A stretch of DNA of 62,048 nucleotides, counting the filler. It is 3 parts of 3 records of this genome, joined end to end, with 100 filler letters (N's around TTAATTAATTAA, not from the genome) between each part and the next. Parts side by side here need not be neighbours in the genome. Positions count along the whole stretch, not along the records: positions 1 to 23,121 come from SRR2962707_3336; 2 more parts are not named here. One strand, 5' to 3'. Made by a program: the position numbers and the translations under genes. How positions within the stretch are numbered: the first letter of the stretch is position 1; every line of letters starts with the position of its first letter. Below the pieces are notes generated by a model. That model ran no database searches, had not been told where the DNA came from, and saw only the letters and a program-made list of their open reading frames with translations. Positions 1 to 10,502 of the stretch are shown one piece after another.

Positions 1-1
1 T

Positions 2-1942
2 GAAAAGGGTTCTCCCGTCTACATGCGTGGAGAGAATAAGTACGTGATCAAAGATTATAAATTCAATCAGGTCTATGATCCGAAGCATACCACCATATTG
101 CCAAGGATGTATAGCTCAGATCCCAATCACATCAGAAAGTACCGCGAGGTGACCGGCCTTCGCGAGGGTGAAAAACCAAGTTGGGGAGATAACATGTACT
201 ACTTGATTGTCCATCAACTTGGACATCAATACATGAGGTATTTCCTGTGGAATTTTTCTGGTAGAGAATCAGATATTCAAGGCGCTTCGTATGTCGGACT
301 GTTTAATGCGTCAGACTCAGGACTTCCTTCTGAGCTTGTCACCAATAAAGGACGTAACATCTATTTCGGACTTCCTTTACTTCTTGGTTTGTTTGGAATG
401 TTTATTCAATACAAAAAAGATGTTAAGCTCTTCTCCGCCACTGCCCTACTTTTCTTCATGACGGGTATAGCTATTGTACTCTACCTCAACACTCCACCTA
501 TCGAACCCAGAGAACGGGATTACATCTATGCGGGCTCCTTTTACATCTTCACCATTTGGATTGGTTTTGGTGTACTAGCCCTTTATGATATCATTCATAA
601 AATAAGCAAGCAGCAGAAAGTTGCAGCAATCCTCGCATCTGTGCTAGGCTTGAGCGTAACTGTTCTTATGGCGAGCGAAACATGGGACGATCACGATCGG
701 TCTGATCGTTACTTCTCGGTAGATGCAGCAAAGAATTACCTTTCATCTTGTGCTCTAAATTCCATCATTTTCACGGGTGGTGACAATGACACCTTCCCTC
801 TCTGGTACGCGCAAGAGGTTGAAGGCTTTAGAAGAGATATCAGAGTGCTGGTTTTCAGTTATTACAATACGGATTGGTACATTCAGCAATCTGCCAGAAG
901 AGCCTACGAATCAGACCCACTTCCTTATAGCTTAGGTATGGAAAATTATCAGCAGGGAGGCCTAAATGATTATTTGCCGGTCTTTGAAAGAGACGAGCTT
1001 AAAGGCAATGCAATTAATGCAAGGGCATTCCTGAATTTCGTCGCTCAGGAAAATCCGGGACTGCAGATTGCTCCAAACGATTGGACCAAGTACAACACTG
1101 TGCCTGCCAGAACCCTCTTTCTCAATGTCGACACGACTAAGGCTAAGTCTATCGTACCTGAAGACATGCATGATCAAATCGAGGACAAAATGATTCTCAG
1201 AATCAAGGGTAGAGCACTTGAGAAGAAGGATTTGGCTTTCCTCGATCTATTGATTAATTCCAACTGGGAACGTCCCATATATCTGAACAATACCTCCATT
1301 TCTCAGCTCAATTTTGATTTGAGGAATTACGTTGTTCAGGAAGGTCTTGCCTATCGGGTTGTGCCGGTTAGAAGCAACAATGAGCGTGGAGAATATACGG
1401 TGAATACAGAGGTGATGTATGACAACCTGATGAACAAGTTCACCTGGACCAATCTGGATGATCCGACTATCTATTATACGCAGGACTATTTGGGATTTGT
1501 GCTGAACTCACGATCTACCTTCAATACGCTCGCTCAAAATCTTATCGAAGAAGAAGATTATGACAGAGCATCTGAAGTATTGAAGAAATGTTTGGCTGTG
1601 ATGCCTAACGAATCAGTTCCTTATGATTTCTTTAGTATTCAGGAAGTAGACCTTCTACTGCAGATTGCCAATGTAAAGGCAGGTGGAGATCTTGAAGTGG
1701 GTGCAGTTGAGGAAGTTGAGTTAGCCAATCATATTGCTGAAGTCACCAGCAAATGGGTCAGTGAATGGCTGGATTACTACTTCAATTCTGCCGGACTACA
1801 AGACAACATGGAACTGCAGAAAAAGATGTTCTCGCTCAACGAACTGGCCAGGGCATATCGAGCCAATGGGTTTAGAGAAGAAGCTGCCAAATACGAGAGT
1901 TTGTTCGAGCAGTATTACACTCAACTACAAGCCAGACAATAA
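2..1942 (+). CDS. DUF2723-domain membrane protein (TMEM260-like putative glycosyltransferase), 5' truncated
   Basis: Frame is open from window start. Multiple TM segments and motifs YMRYFLWNF, EPRERDYIY and FTGGDNDTFPLWYAQEVEG typical of Bacteroidota DUF2723 proteins. Confidence 0.85.
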   Translation, partial: EKGSPVYMRGENKYVIKDYKFNQVYDPKHTTILPRMYSSDPNHIRKYREVTGLREGEKPSWGDNMYYLIVHQLGHQYMRYFLWNFSGRESDIQGASYVGLFNASDSGLPSELVTNKGRNIYFGLPLLLGLFGMFIQYKKDVKLFSATALLFFMTGIAIVLYLNTPPIEPRERDYIYAGSFYIFTIWIGFGVLALYDIIHKISKQQKVAAILASVLGLSVTVLMASETWDDHDRSDRYFSVDAAKNYLSSCALNSIIFTGGDNDTFPLWYAQEVEGFRRDIRVLVFSYYNTDWYIQQSARRAYESDPLPYSLGMENYQQGGLNDYLPVFERDELKGNAINARAFLNFVAQENPGLQIAPNDWTKYNTVPARTLFLNVDTTKAKSIVPEDMHDQIEDKMILRIKGRALEKKDLAFLDLLINSNWERPIYLNNTSISQLNFDLRNYVVQEGLAYRVVPVRSNNERGEYTVNTEVMYDNLMNKFTWTNLDDPTIYYTQDYLGFVLNSRSTFNTLAQNLIEEEDYDRASEVLKKCLAVMPNESVPYDFFSIQEVDLLLQIANVKAGGDLEVGAVEEVELANHIAEVTSKWVSEWLDYYFNSAGLQDNMELQKKMFSLNELARAYRANGFREEAAKYESLFEQYYTQLQARQ

Positions 1943-1955
1943 GAAAAGAATTGGA

Positions 1956-2288
1956 TTAATGCTTCAAAAATTTGAAAGCTTTTTTGAAGCGTTTTTCCTC
2001 GTCTTTCACAACAAGGAAATAGTAGCCGGTTGATAGCTCCTTAACCGGAATTTTGTATTTGCCTGTCCCCACCTCTTCAGGTTTGATCTGAAGTTTGTTT
2101 CCTATCATGGAATTCAATTCGAATTCTGCATTGGAAATATCCTCGCTGATTTCAATTACTAAAAATTCAACCGCCGGATTGGGATAGATTCTGATCTTGG
2201 TTTCCTGATCATCCTTCACCCCTTCCTGTCCAAAGGAGGCCAAGCCAATGAGGCAAGCGAACGTTAGTATGATCAGTTTATTGCGCAT
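1956..2288 (-). CDS. Small protein: signal peptide plus T9SS type A C-terminal sorting domain
   Basis: N-terminal signal peptide, IYPNP motif, LSTGYYFLVV and terminal KFLK typical of the T9SS CTD. Confidence 0.8.
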   Translation of the reverse strand: MRNKLIILTFACLIGLASFGQEGVKDDQETKIRIYPNPAVEFLVIEISEDISNAEFELNSMIGNKLQIKPEEVGTGKYKIPVKELSTGYYFLVVKDEEKRFKKAFKFLKH

Positions 2289-2591
2289 ATGATTGATACA
2301 AATTACGGAAAAAAAATCAGTTTGTTCCTACCGTTGTAAAAATATTAACCGTTAATTAACGTTAAGGAGCGCATTTCCATTGAATTTTTCCAAGAAAGAA
2401 TTGATTTAAATCGTTTTCGGAGGGTTTTTATTTCTGATCGAAAAAAATGCTGGTTTTGTCTAAACCAAGCGAAATCGTGGTAAGACTCAAGGTGTTAAGG
2501 ACTCAGGTTCTGTCAGAATATTCGGAAAAATACAGACCTAAATTAAATACTTAGCATATAATTGTATTTTCAACGCCTAACCCTACTACTA

Positions 2592-4511
2592 ATGAAAAAC
2601 CTATTTTTCTCCATCCTAACGCTTCTTTCATTCATAACCATGGCTCAAAAAGTCAAGATGGGAGAATTTGATGAAAAGTATTTCACCATGACTCATTGCC
2701 CTTTTGACTCATCGGCAGGTGCATTTGTAATCAAAGATCACGGTGTTTCCAGATTGGATCACAATTATGAGATTGAATTTAAATATCATGGCATCATTAA
2801 AATTCTCAGCAGCGAGGAGTACGATCGGGCCAATGTTAAAATAAGGTATTCCAATCGTGATAGAATTGGCGATTTCAAAGCGGTTTCCTACAACTATGAA
2901 AATGGACAAATAGTAGAAAATGAGCTTAAGCGGAAGGATGCAGTCATTGAAAAAATCAATGATGATGTTCAGAGCTTCAACTTCACATTTCCAGACGTAA
3001 AAGAGGGAACCATTATTGAATATAGTTATAGTGCAAATTACGGTGATGTGACTCGACTAAATACCTGGTATTTCCAAACGTCTATCCCAGTAATCAGAAG
3101 TCAGTACGAAGTGCAAGTACCTGCTTTCTTTGAATATGAAAGAATGTTTCAAAGCTATTTTCCATTGCAAACGGCAGATATCAAATATGAAAACAGGACA
3201 ATTGGGGCAGGTCAAAGCACACCATTTCAATTGCACAATTACATCGCCAAGGACGTTCCTGCATTTAAAGATGAGCCGTTCATCACTACTACGGACGACT
3301 ACATCTCAAAAATCGACTTTGAGTTGAAACGATACACACTCCCTGGCAGCCCTACAAAAACATACTTACCATCAGATTTCGGATCATTTGCGAGTGGGCT
3401 TTATGAAAGCGATGATTGGGGTAAAAGCATCCAAAATGTTAAGTATGTTGATGAAGTTGTAGAGGTGTTGAAATCGTCCAGCAGCAATGATGAAGAGTTA
3501 GTGAAAGCGATTTATTATTATGTGCGTGACAATTTCGAAGAAGATTATGACCAGGATTACCCAACGCTAAGAAAGGTTTTCAATGAGAAAAAAGGAGGTG
3601 CCTGGCAAATCAATAGAATTTTTGGGGCTATGTTAAATCAGGCTGGTTTTGAGAGCTATCTAGTTAGAATCAGCACTAGGTCCAATGGGCGAGTCAATAA
3701 ATACATTCCAATTGCGCGTCAGTTTAATCATACCATCATAAAAACGACAGTAGGTGACCAGACTTACGTACTAGATGCAACGGACAAAAACACTCCTTTT
3801 GGAGCTTTACCAAAATACTGCCTCAATGGCGAAGGATTGGTTATTAAGCCTGGTTTAGAGTGGGTGCCACTAGAGCCCTACAATTCTAATGGTGTCATTT
3901 ACAACGGAGAGCTCGAATTAACAGCCGATGGTATTCTCATGGGTGATTTGAAAGTTAGAAGACTTGGATACGAGGCATGGGAGTTTAAAGAAACCATTGA
4001 TGAAGATGGTGAAGACGAATACAAAAAGAGCTTTAATGAAAACAAGGAAACATGGTTTATCGATGATCATTCTATAGAGGAGTTAACAGAGGAAAATCAT
4101 ATCGATGAAAGTCTGACGGTTGAAATTGAAGATAAAATGGATGATTTAGGTGATATCGCTTATCTCAACCCAATTATCCTTGGCCAATCAACTGACAATC
4201 CTTTTAAGAAAGAAACCAGGAGTTTTCCAATAAATTATGGAGCTCCTTTCACCATTACTCATATCTATAAAATAAAGGTAGATGAGTCATTTATCATTGA
4301 TGAGATTCCGGGTCCAAAGAGCGTTGCATTACCCAACGGAGGAGGGCGTTTGCTTTTTAATACTACGGCAAGTGGAAACGAAATTAGTGTTATGAATCGA
4401 ATCCAGATTATGAAGAGCGAATTCCCTGCTGAGGAGTATCCATACCTTAGAGAATTTTATGCGCAGTTGGTTGAAAAACATGGTCAACAAATAGTTCTGA
4501 AGAGAAAATGA
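2592..4511 (+). CDS. DUF3857 + transglutaminase-like domain protein (catalytic Cys apparently absent)
   Basis: Signal peptide; FTFPDVKEGTIIEYSY and WYFQ motifs; FNH and LDAT retained, but KGGAW where G-D-C is expected. ATG at 2592 chosen over TTG at 2562. Confidence 0.8.
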   Translation: MKNLFFSILTLLSFITMAQKVKMGEFDEKYFTMTHCPFDSSAGAFVIKDHGVSRLDHNYEIEFKYHGIIKILSSEEYDRANVKIRYSNRDRIGDFKAVSYNYENGQIVENELKRKDAVIEKINDDVQSFNFTFPDVKEGTIIEYSYSANYGDVTRLNTWYFQTSIPVIRSQYEVQVPAFFEYERMFQSYFPLQTADIKYENRTIGAGQSTPFQLHNYIAKDVPAFKDEPFITTTDDYISKIDFELKRYTLPGSPTKTYLPSDFGSFASGLYESDDWGKSIQNVKYVDEVVEVLKSSSSNDEELVKAIYYYVRDNFEEDYDQDYPTLRKVFNEKKGGAWQINRIFGAMLNQAGFESYLVRISTRSNGRVNKYIPIARQFNHTIIKTTVGDQTYVLDATDKNTPFGALPKYCLNGEGLVIKPGLEWVPLEPYNSNGVIYNGELELTADGILMGDLKVRRLGYEAWEFKETIDEDGEDEYKKSFNENKETWFIDDHSIEELTEENHIDESLTVEIEDKMDDLGDIAYLNPIILGQSTDNPFKKETRSFPINYGAPFTITHIYKIKVDESFIIDEIPGPKSVALPNGGGRLLFNTTASGNEISVMNRIQIMKSEFPAEEYPYLREFYAQLVEKHGQQIVLKRK

Positions 4512-6406
4512 GGTTAATAATTATCGCTTTCACAATTGTTATTTCTGGCTTTTATGTAAAAGCACAGGATTACAAAGCCAATGCTATTCCAGCCAACCTA
4601 TCCGAAGGGATGGATGCAGTGACCCATCACCACAGTGGTGTGTTTGAGATACTCGCTCCAGATAAAGCTAAATACAAAGAGAAGCGTGTAATTACTATTT
4701 TAAATAAGGATGGGAATCATAATGCCAGCGTGGTAGTTTGGTTTGACAAACTTCGATCAGTCAGTGGACTGGAAGCAACCAAATATGATGCGAATGGGGA
4801 TAGAATTGAGCGTGTAAAGAAGTCTTCTTTCAATGAAGAAAGTGCCACTGGTGATAATTTTTTTGATGATAGCAGGGTTCTGTGGTATGACCTCAGACAA
4901 AATGAATTTCCATACACAATTGAATATGAATACGAAGTAACCTACAACTATCTCTACTCTATCCCGGATTGGAGCTTCCTGGATGCGTACGATGAAAGCA
5001 TTATGTACTCTTCCTACGAAATAATAAGTCCGGAAAATTTAAAGCCACGCTTTCAAACCTTAAGGGCAAATAAACCAGTGGAATCTACTTCAGATGGCAT
5101 CTATTCTGTGAAATGGGAGGAGAGTAACCTCGATGGGATTGAATATGAGCCCTATGGACCCTCATTAAAAGATATTGCCCCCAGAGTCATCGCATCTCCC
5201 TCAGAATTCGAATTTGAAGGATACCGAGGTAATCTATCAACCTGGGATGGTGTGGCGCTATGGCAGAACATCCTCAATCTTAACAGAGATGAACTTCCTG
5301 AGCAAACCATTCAAAAAGTGAAATCGATGACAGATGGCATGTCTGATCGTGAGAAAATTCAGACTATCTATGAATATGTTCAATCTAACACAAGATATGT
5401 CAGTATTCAGCTTGGTATCGGCGGTTTCCAACCATTTCCTGCCAAAGTGGTTGATGAGGAAGGTTATGGTGATTGTAAAGCTCTTAGCTTTTACACCCAA
5501 TCGCTTCTAAAAGCCGTTGGAGTTAAATCTCATTACACTTGGGTCTACGGAGGTAGCAATCCACCAGCTGTAAACAAGGACTTCCCGGACGATACATTTA
5601 ATCACATCATTTTATGTGTTCCTCAGGAACAGGATACCATCTGGTTGGAATGTACAAGTCAGACCAATCCTTTTGGGTATCTGGGTTCCTTTACCGGTGA
5701 TAGAGATGTGCTTGTTGTAACAGAAGAGGGAGGCAAAATCGTCCGAACACCCGGATATGATGCAGATGTAAACTTGCAAACATCAGTAGTTGATGTCCAG
5801 ATTTTAGAAAATGGAAATGCAGATGTTTCCATTGCAAATTCATATAGGGGGGTTAAATACGAATATCAGAATCTGTATAGCGTCTTAAACCTTGGAGATG
5901 ATAAGAAAAAAGAATGGCTCGAATATGTCATTGATATCCCTTCCTTTATCATCAGTGATTTTGAGTTTACAAATAATAAAGGTGCGATTCCCATCGCAGA
6001 GGTAGATAGTAAAATTTTAGTCAACAAGCTGGTAAGTAAGTCCGGAACCAGGTTTTTCTTGCAGCCAAACCTGATGAATAAAAATTCTTTTATTCCAAAC
6101 AAGGATGATAACAGAGAACAAAATATACACACAGGATATGCCTATACGGAAATCGATTCGGTGTATTATACCTTGCCTGAAAATCATAACGTTGAGGCTT
6201 ATTTTGATCCGATTGAAATTCAATCTCCATTTGGACAATACAATGCGTCAGTGGAACGACAGGAAGATGGTAGGATTCTATATTATCGAAGGTACAGGAA
6301 AGAGGAAGGTGTCTTTAGTCCTGAGCAGTATGATGATTATATGAACTTTCACAAGGAGATTGTAAGAGCGGATAAGAAGCGTATTTCCTTTAAAAAGAAA
6401 ACCTAG
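4508..6406 (+). CDS. DUF3857 + transglutaminase-like domain protein
   Basis: Signal peptide; TRYVSIQLGIGG, GDCKALS, FNHIIL and LECTS motifs; ATGA overlap with upstream paralog. Confidence 0.85.
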   Translation: MRLIIIAFTIVISGFYVKAQDYKANAIPANLSEGMDAVTHHHSGVFEILAPDKAKYKEKRVITILNKDGNHNASVVVWFDKLRSVSGLEATKYDANGDRIERVKKSSFNEESATGDNFFDDSRVLWYDLRQNEFPYTIEYEYEVTYNYLYSIPDWSFLDAYDESIMYSSYEIISPENLKPRFQTLRANKPVESTSDGIYSVKWEESNLDGIEYEPYGPSLKDIAPRVIASPSEFEFEGYRGNLSTWDGVALWQNILNLNRDELPEQTIQKVKSMTDGMSDREKIQTIYEYVQSNTRYVSIQLGIGGFQPFPAKVVDEEGYGDCKALSFYTQSLLKAVGVKSHYTWVYGGSNPPAVNKDFPDDTFNHIILCVPQEQDTIWLECTSQTNPFGYLGSFTGDRDVLVVTEEGGKIVRTPGYDADVNLQTSVVDVQILENGNADVSIANSYRGVKYEYQNLYSVLNLGDDKKKEWLEYVIDIPSFIISDFEFTNNKGAIPIAEVDSKILVNKLVSKSGTRFFLQPNLMNKNSFIPNKDDNREQNIHTGYAYTEIDSVYYTLPENHNVEAYFDPIEIQSPFGQYNASVERQEDGRILYYRRYRKEEGVFSPEQYDDYMNFHKEIVRADKKRISFKKKT

Positions 6407-7893
6407 CTTTTAAGGCCTAATGCTGCTAACCTCAGGTGACCGATAATATCTGAAGCTTGAATCCAATTTGATTCCAACTGAAGAACTGCCTCATCTCCAG
6501 CAAGTCCGTGAAGGTAAACGCCTAGTTTCAAGGCATCGAAAGGCTTTAGGCCCTGAGCCAGAAAAGAGGCAACTACACCTGTCAAAACATCCCCACTTCC
6601 GGCAGTAGCCATGGAAGGATTCCCTGTTGGATTAAAGTGGATTTCGCCGGAAGTATTGCAGACCGCAGAATAGGCTCCTTTCAGAACCATATTCAATTGA
6701 TATTCCTTACAAAACCCTTGCAGCATGTTGAGTTTTTCAAAATCATCGCTCCACGGACCAACCAGGCGCTTAAACTCGCCTGGATGCGGGGTTAGAATGG
6801 ATTCTTTAGGTAGCAGTTTTAGTAATTCTTTGTCCTCTGACAAAATATTGATCCCATCCGCATCTACAACCAGGGGCTTTTCAGCTGCTCCCAACATTCT
6901 TCTGACTGCCTCCTTTGTCACTTTTGAAGTACCTAGTCCAGGTCCAATTGCAATGGTATCTTCCGATACTTGAATGGAGGCAATAAAGTCTTCACCCTGA
7001 TCTTCAATAACCATTGCTTCAGGAATGGATACCTGCAATATTTGCACACCGCACTTAGGCACTTGCACATTGACCAAACCTACACCCGTCTTAAATGCAG
7101 CTCTTGTACATAAAACAGAAGCGCCCATCTTTCCTTTGCTCCCGGAAACAATGAGCAACTTTCCAACCTGATTCTTGTGCGCAAACTTATTTCTATGAGG
7201 AAGTAACACTTTGACATCTTCCACCTCAGTAAAATGATAGGTAGTTGGTAGATTCTGGACGAATTGGTTATCTAATCCGATATCTAGGATTCTGAATTCG
7301 CCAACATACTTATGATTCTCTGGCTGAAAGAAGGCCAATTTTGGTACCTGAAATGAAAAGGTATAATCTGGTGTAAAAACAATCGAATCCTTAGGAACAG
7401 CTTTTTCAGCAAACAGTCCTGAAGCAATGTCTATCGCAATTCGTTGACTCTTTTGTTTGTTTAAGTATTTGATCAATTCTCCATAAAGACCTTCAATAGG
7501 TCTTGATAATCCCGAGCCAAACAAACCATCAATGATGATGTCATTTGGATCACACTTTGGAAAATCATTTGGAGATTCTAATGGCTGATATTGCTGAGTT
7601 CTATTCAGATTGACTAGGAAATCAGGAGAACCATTCTCAGTATTTCCTGTAATAAAAACATCCACCTTCCATCCCCTTTCTCTCAGAATCCTTCCAATCG
7701 CCAGTCCGTCTCCTCCATTGTTACCAGTGCCACAAAAAATCTTAACGGGCCTCTTCTCTGGGTGAAGTCCAAGGAATTTGGTAACAAACGCATTGCTAGC
7801 CCGCTCCATCAAATCAATAGAAGCGATGGGTTCGTTTTTGATCGTGTACTGATCTGCTTCTCTGATTTGCTGGGATGTGAGAACCTGGATCAT
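6403..7893 (-). CDS. nnr: Bifunctional NAD(P)H-hydrate epimerase/dehydratase
   Basis: YjeF N-domain (CGTGNNGGDG, DGLFGSG) plus kinase-like C-domain (GPGLG, TPHPGEF, AGSGDVL). Confidence 0.93.
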   Translation of the reverse strand: MIQVLTSQQIREADQYTIKNEPIASIDLMERASNAFVTKFLGLHPEKRPVKIFCGTGNNGGDGLAIGRILRERGWKVDVFITGNTENGSPDFLVNLNRTQQYQPLESPNDFPKCDPNDIIIDGLFGSGLSRPIEGLYGELIKYLNKQKSQRIAIDIASGLFAEKAVPKDSIVFTPDYTFSFQVPKLAFFQPENHKYVGEFRILDIGLDNQFVQNLPTTYHFTEVEDVKVLLPHRNKFAHKNQVGKLLIVSGSKGKMGASVLCTRAAFKTGVGLVNVQVPKCGVQILQVSIPEAMVIEDQGEDFIASIQVSEDTIAIGPGLGTSKVTKEAVRRMLGAAEKPLVVDADGINILSEDKELLKLLPKESILTPHPGEFKRLVGPWSDDFEKLNMLQGFCKEYQLNMVLKGAYSAVCNTSGEIHFNPTGNPSMATAGSGDVLTGVVASFLAQGLKPFDALKLGVYLHGLAGDEAVLQLESNWIQASDIIGHLRLAALGLKS

Positions 7894-9104
7894 CGGTCTA
7901 CTTCACCCATGACAAAATCCAATGATCCCACAATAGCAAAAAGGTCGGCAAGCATGCTTCCTTTACTTATCTCTGACAAAACAGACAAATTGCAAAAACT
8001 CGGGCCTCTTGATTTGCACCTAAACGGCTGATCGGATGTTCCATCAGCTCGGAAAAAGAACCCCAGTTCTCCTTTAGGATTTTCAGCTCGGACGTATAAG
8101 TCTTTGGCTTTCGGACGGATTTTCTTCGGAACCATGGCTCTGGGATCAAACTCCCTGGTTCGTTTATGATCTCCTAGCAGTTGCTCCACACATTGCTCAA
8201 TGATACGAATCGATTCCCAACATTCCTGATACCGAACCCAATTCCTATCCCAGCAATCCCCAACAGTTCCTACTTCTCCCTTTCCAACAGGGATATCAAA
8301 TTCCAGCTCGGGATAGACACTGTATCCATCCACTTTCCTCAAATCAAATTTCAATCCTGATGCTCTCAAGCATGGACCTGTAATCCCGGCATTGATGGCT
8401 AAATCACGATTCAATACACCAACGTTCGCGGTACGCTCTATGAAGATTTTATTGGAGATGAGCAGCTTTTCAGTATCTCTAAGTTTAGGCTTCAGGTAGT
8501 CAACAAATTCTTTGGCTCGCTCTTCAAAGCCTACCGGAAGATCATAAAACAATCCTCCTACCCAAATGTAGTTGTACAGCATTCTTGCACCACTTGCCCA
8601 CTCCAGCATCCTTAAAATATGCTCTCTGTCGCGCATCATCCATAGAAATGGAGTAACCGCACCGATATCCATACCATACGTTCCAATCGCCACAAAATGG
8701 GAAGCCAGTCGGTTTAGTTCTGCAACCAGTACCCGTATATACTCTACTCGTTTGGGAAGTTCCTGATCAATCCCTAGCATCTTCTCCACGCCCATCACAA
8801 ACGCCCATTCGTTGTTCATAGCCGCTACATAATCCATACGGTCAGTGTATGGGATTACTTGATTGTACGCCAACGATTCTGCATGTTTTTCAAAGCATCG
8901 GTGCAAATAACCAATATGTGGAACCACGTCAACTACAATCTCCCCATCAGTAACCACCTCCAAACGTAGTACCCCGTGGGTTGCCGGGTGTTGAGGGCCA
9001 ATATTGATGATCATCTCTTCTGTGCGAAGAGCACTTTCTCTATACTTTAGGGGCTCAGACCTATTTAATGGAGAATTGAGAATTGAAGATTGAGAATTTT
9101 CCAT
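7890..9104 (-). CDS. nuoD: NADH-quinone oxidoreductase subunit D
   Basis: GPQHPATHGVLRL, GYLHRCFEK, ENPKGE and C-terminal GSLDFVMGEVDR. Confidence 0.95.
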   Translation of the reverse strand: MENSQSSILNSPLNRSEPLKYRESALRTEEMIINIGPQHPATHGVLRLEVVTDGEIVVDVVPHIGYLHRCFEKHAESLAYNQVIPYTDRMDYVAAMNNEWAFVMGVEKMLGIDQELPKRVEYIRVLVAELNRLASHFVAIGTYGMDIGAVTPFLWMMRDREHILRMLEWASGARMLYNYIWVGGLFYDLPVGFEERAKEFVDYLKPKLRDTEKLLISNKIFIERTANVGVLNRDLAINAGITGPCLRASGLKFDLRKVDGYSVYPELEFDIPVGKGEVGTVGDCWDRNWVRYQECWESIRIIEQCVEQLLGDHKRTREFDPRAMVPKKIRPKAKDLYVRAENPKGELGFFFRADGTSDQPFRCKSRGPSFCNLSVLSEISKGSMLADLFAIVGSLDFVMGEVDR

Positions 9105-9117
9105 TTCAATTCATTTT
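9067..9117. repeat. Heptamer tandem array downstream of four-helix-bundle gene A, overlapping its stop and the nuoD 5' end
   Basis: Minus strand reads aattctc-aatcttc-aattctc-aattctc; imperfect inverted partner of 9457-9493. Confidence 0.8.
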
Positions 9118-9480
9118 GGATGATTTAATGATTGAAATAAGAATTCTCTTCAATTCAGTAGACATTTGAAGTAAATTCTCCATGCTACCATTCCCAAGAG
9201 AAGACTCATTAATTAGTCGCAACCAGTAATGAGTTTCATGTGCTTCTTTGTTCGCGATTGCAAGTTTGTGAACAAAATCTGCTTTTGATTCTGCTTGCTG
9301 TGCTTCCTCAGACAATGCCCCAATAGCCGTTGCTGATCTTAGCAATTGTTTTGACAGAACATATTCTTTCTGCTCTATCTGCAGGTATCTGGTGAATTGA
9401 ATAATCAGCAATGAAAATTCAAAACTCTTTTCCAACAGTGGATTTGGTTTCTGGTTAATTTTCAATTCTGCATTATCCAT
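9106..9480 (-). CDS. Four helix bundle protein (23S rRNA IVS protein / TIGR02436-like), copy A
   Basis: KSFEF...EYVLSKQLLRSATAIGA..EEAQQAESKADFVHKLAIANKEAHETHYWL. Lies between nuoC and nuoD. Start ATG 9480 or TTG 9486. Confidence 0.9.
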   Translation of the reverse strand: MDNAELKINQKPNPLLEKSFEFSLLIIQFTRYLQIEQKEYVLSKQLLRSATAIGALSEEAQQAESKADFVHKLAIANKEAHETHYWLRLINESSLGNGSMENLLQMSTELKRILISIIKSSKMN

Positions 9481-9493
9481 TATCAATTCATTA
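9457..9493. repeat. Heptamer tandem array at the 5' end of four-helix-bundle gene A
   Basis: Minus strand reads taa-tgaattg-ataatgg-ataatgc-agaattg-aaaatt directly from the nuoC stop. Confidence 0.8.
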
Positions 9494-9973
9494 ATATTTT
9501 ACTTTCACTTCGTGATATGTTTCCTGCTCCTCATAATCCTTTCTCAATGGATATCCTTCCCAGTCTTCTGGCAAAAGAATTCTTCTAAGATCCGGATGAT
9601 TCAAAAATTGAATCCCTAATAAATCATAAGCTTCTCGCTCATGCCAATCTGCTGCTTTCCAAATTTTCGACACTGACTCTATCTCGGTATTACTTCTATC
9701 CAACTTCACCTGGATCATCAAGTGGAGATCAAACGGAATGCTGTACAAATTATAGATCACCTCCATGGTATTCTCCTCAGGCCCATTGTCTATACCAGTC
9801 AGACACGACAATGAGTCGAAATAGGTCTTTTCATGGGCATGAAGAAATTCACAGACCTTGATTAAATATTCTGAATCAATCTGAATGGTCCCGGGAGTTG
9901 ACTCAGGATTGAAACCCAGAATAGCCTCGGGAAAGCTGGATTCGATCAATACCTTTATCTCCTCAAACTGCAT
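9491..9973 (-). CDS. nuoC: NADH-quinone oxidoreductase subunit C
   Basis: [35 protein letters not shown]. Confidence 0.95.
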   Translation of the reverse strand: MQFEEIKVLIESSFPEAILGFNPESTPGTIQIDSEYLIKVCEFLHAHEKTYFDSLSCLTGIDNGPEENTMEVIYNLYSIPFDLHLMIQVKLDRSNTEIESVSKIWKAADWHEREAYDLLGIQFLNHPDLRRILLPEDWEGYPLRKDYEEQETYHEVKVKY

Positions 9974-10502
9974 TCTTTTCCTGCATTAGTTTCTCCAGGC
10001 CCTTAGGTCTTAAAATAGACTCTGTCCTGATTTTCTCCTGAAGCTTTAAGAAGCCTCCAATCAACGCTTCCGGTCGTGGCGGACATCCAGGTACGTATAC
10101 ATCGACAGGAATTACCCGATCCACTCCCTTAAGTACATGATAGCCATGTTCCCAATAAGGTCCACCGCAATTAGCACATGACCCCATAGAAATCACATAG
10201 CGTGGCTCAGCCATTTGCTCATATAATCTTTTAATTCGATCAGCCATTTTAAAAGTGACTGTACCGGATACTATCATAACATCTGCTTGTCGAGGAGAAT
10301 TCCTTGGAATAACACCAAATCGGTCCAGGTCATAAGCGGAAGATGCAGTTGACATGAACTCGATTGCGCAGCAAGCCAATCCAAATCCAACAGGCCACAG
10401 GCTACTGAGTCTCGCCCAATTAAGGAGATCATCGAGCTTAGAGACAATGATTCCTCCCTCGCCTGATTTTAGACCCTCCAATTGAATTTTATTCTGACTC
10501 AT
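9963..10502 (-). CDS. nuoB: NADH-quinone oxidoreductase subunit B
   Basis: [30 protein letters not shown]. Confidence 0.96.
   Translation of the reverse strand: MSQNKIQLEGLKSGEGGIIVSKLDDLLNWARLSSLWPVGFGLACCAIEFMSTASSAYDLDRFGVIPRNSPRQADVMIVSGTVTFKMADRIKRLYEQMAEPRYVISMGSCANCGGPYWEHGYHVLKGVDRVIPVDVYVPGCPPRPEALIGGFLKLQEKIRTESILRPKGLEKLMQEKNAV

Noticed and set aside
2345-2365. Palindrome ttaaccgttaattaacgttaa resembling the linker
   Set aside because: No Ns around it; an AT-rich imperfect palindrome in a divergent promoter that cannot be assigned to a regulator.
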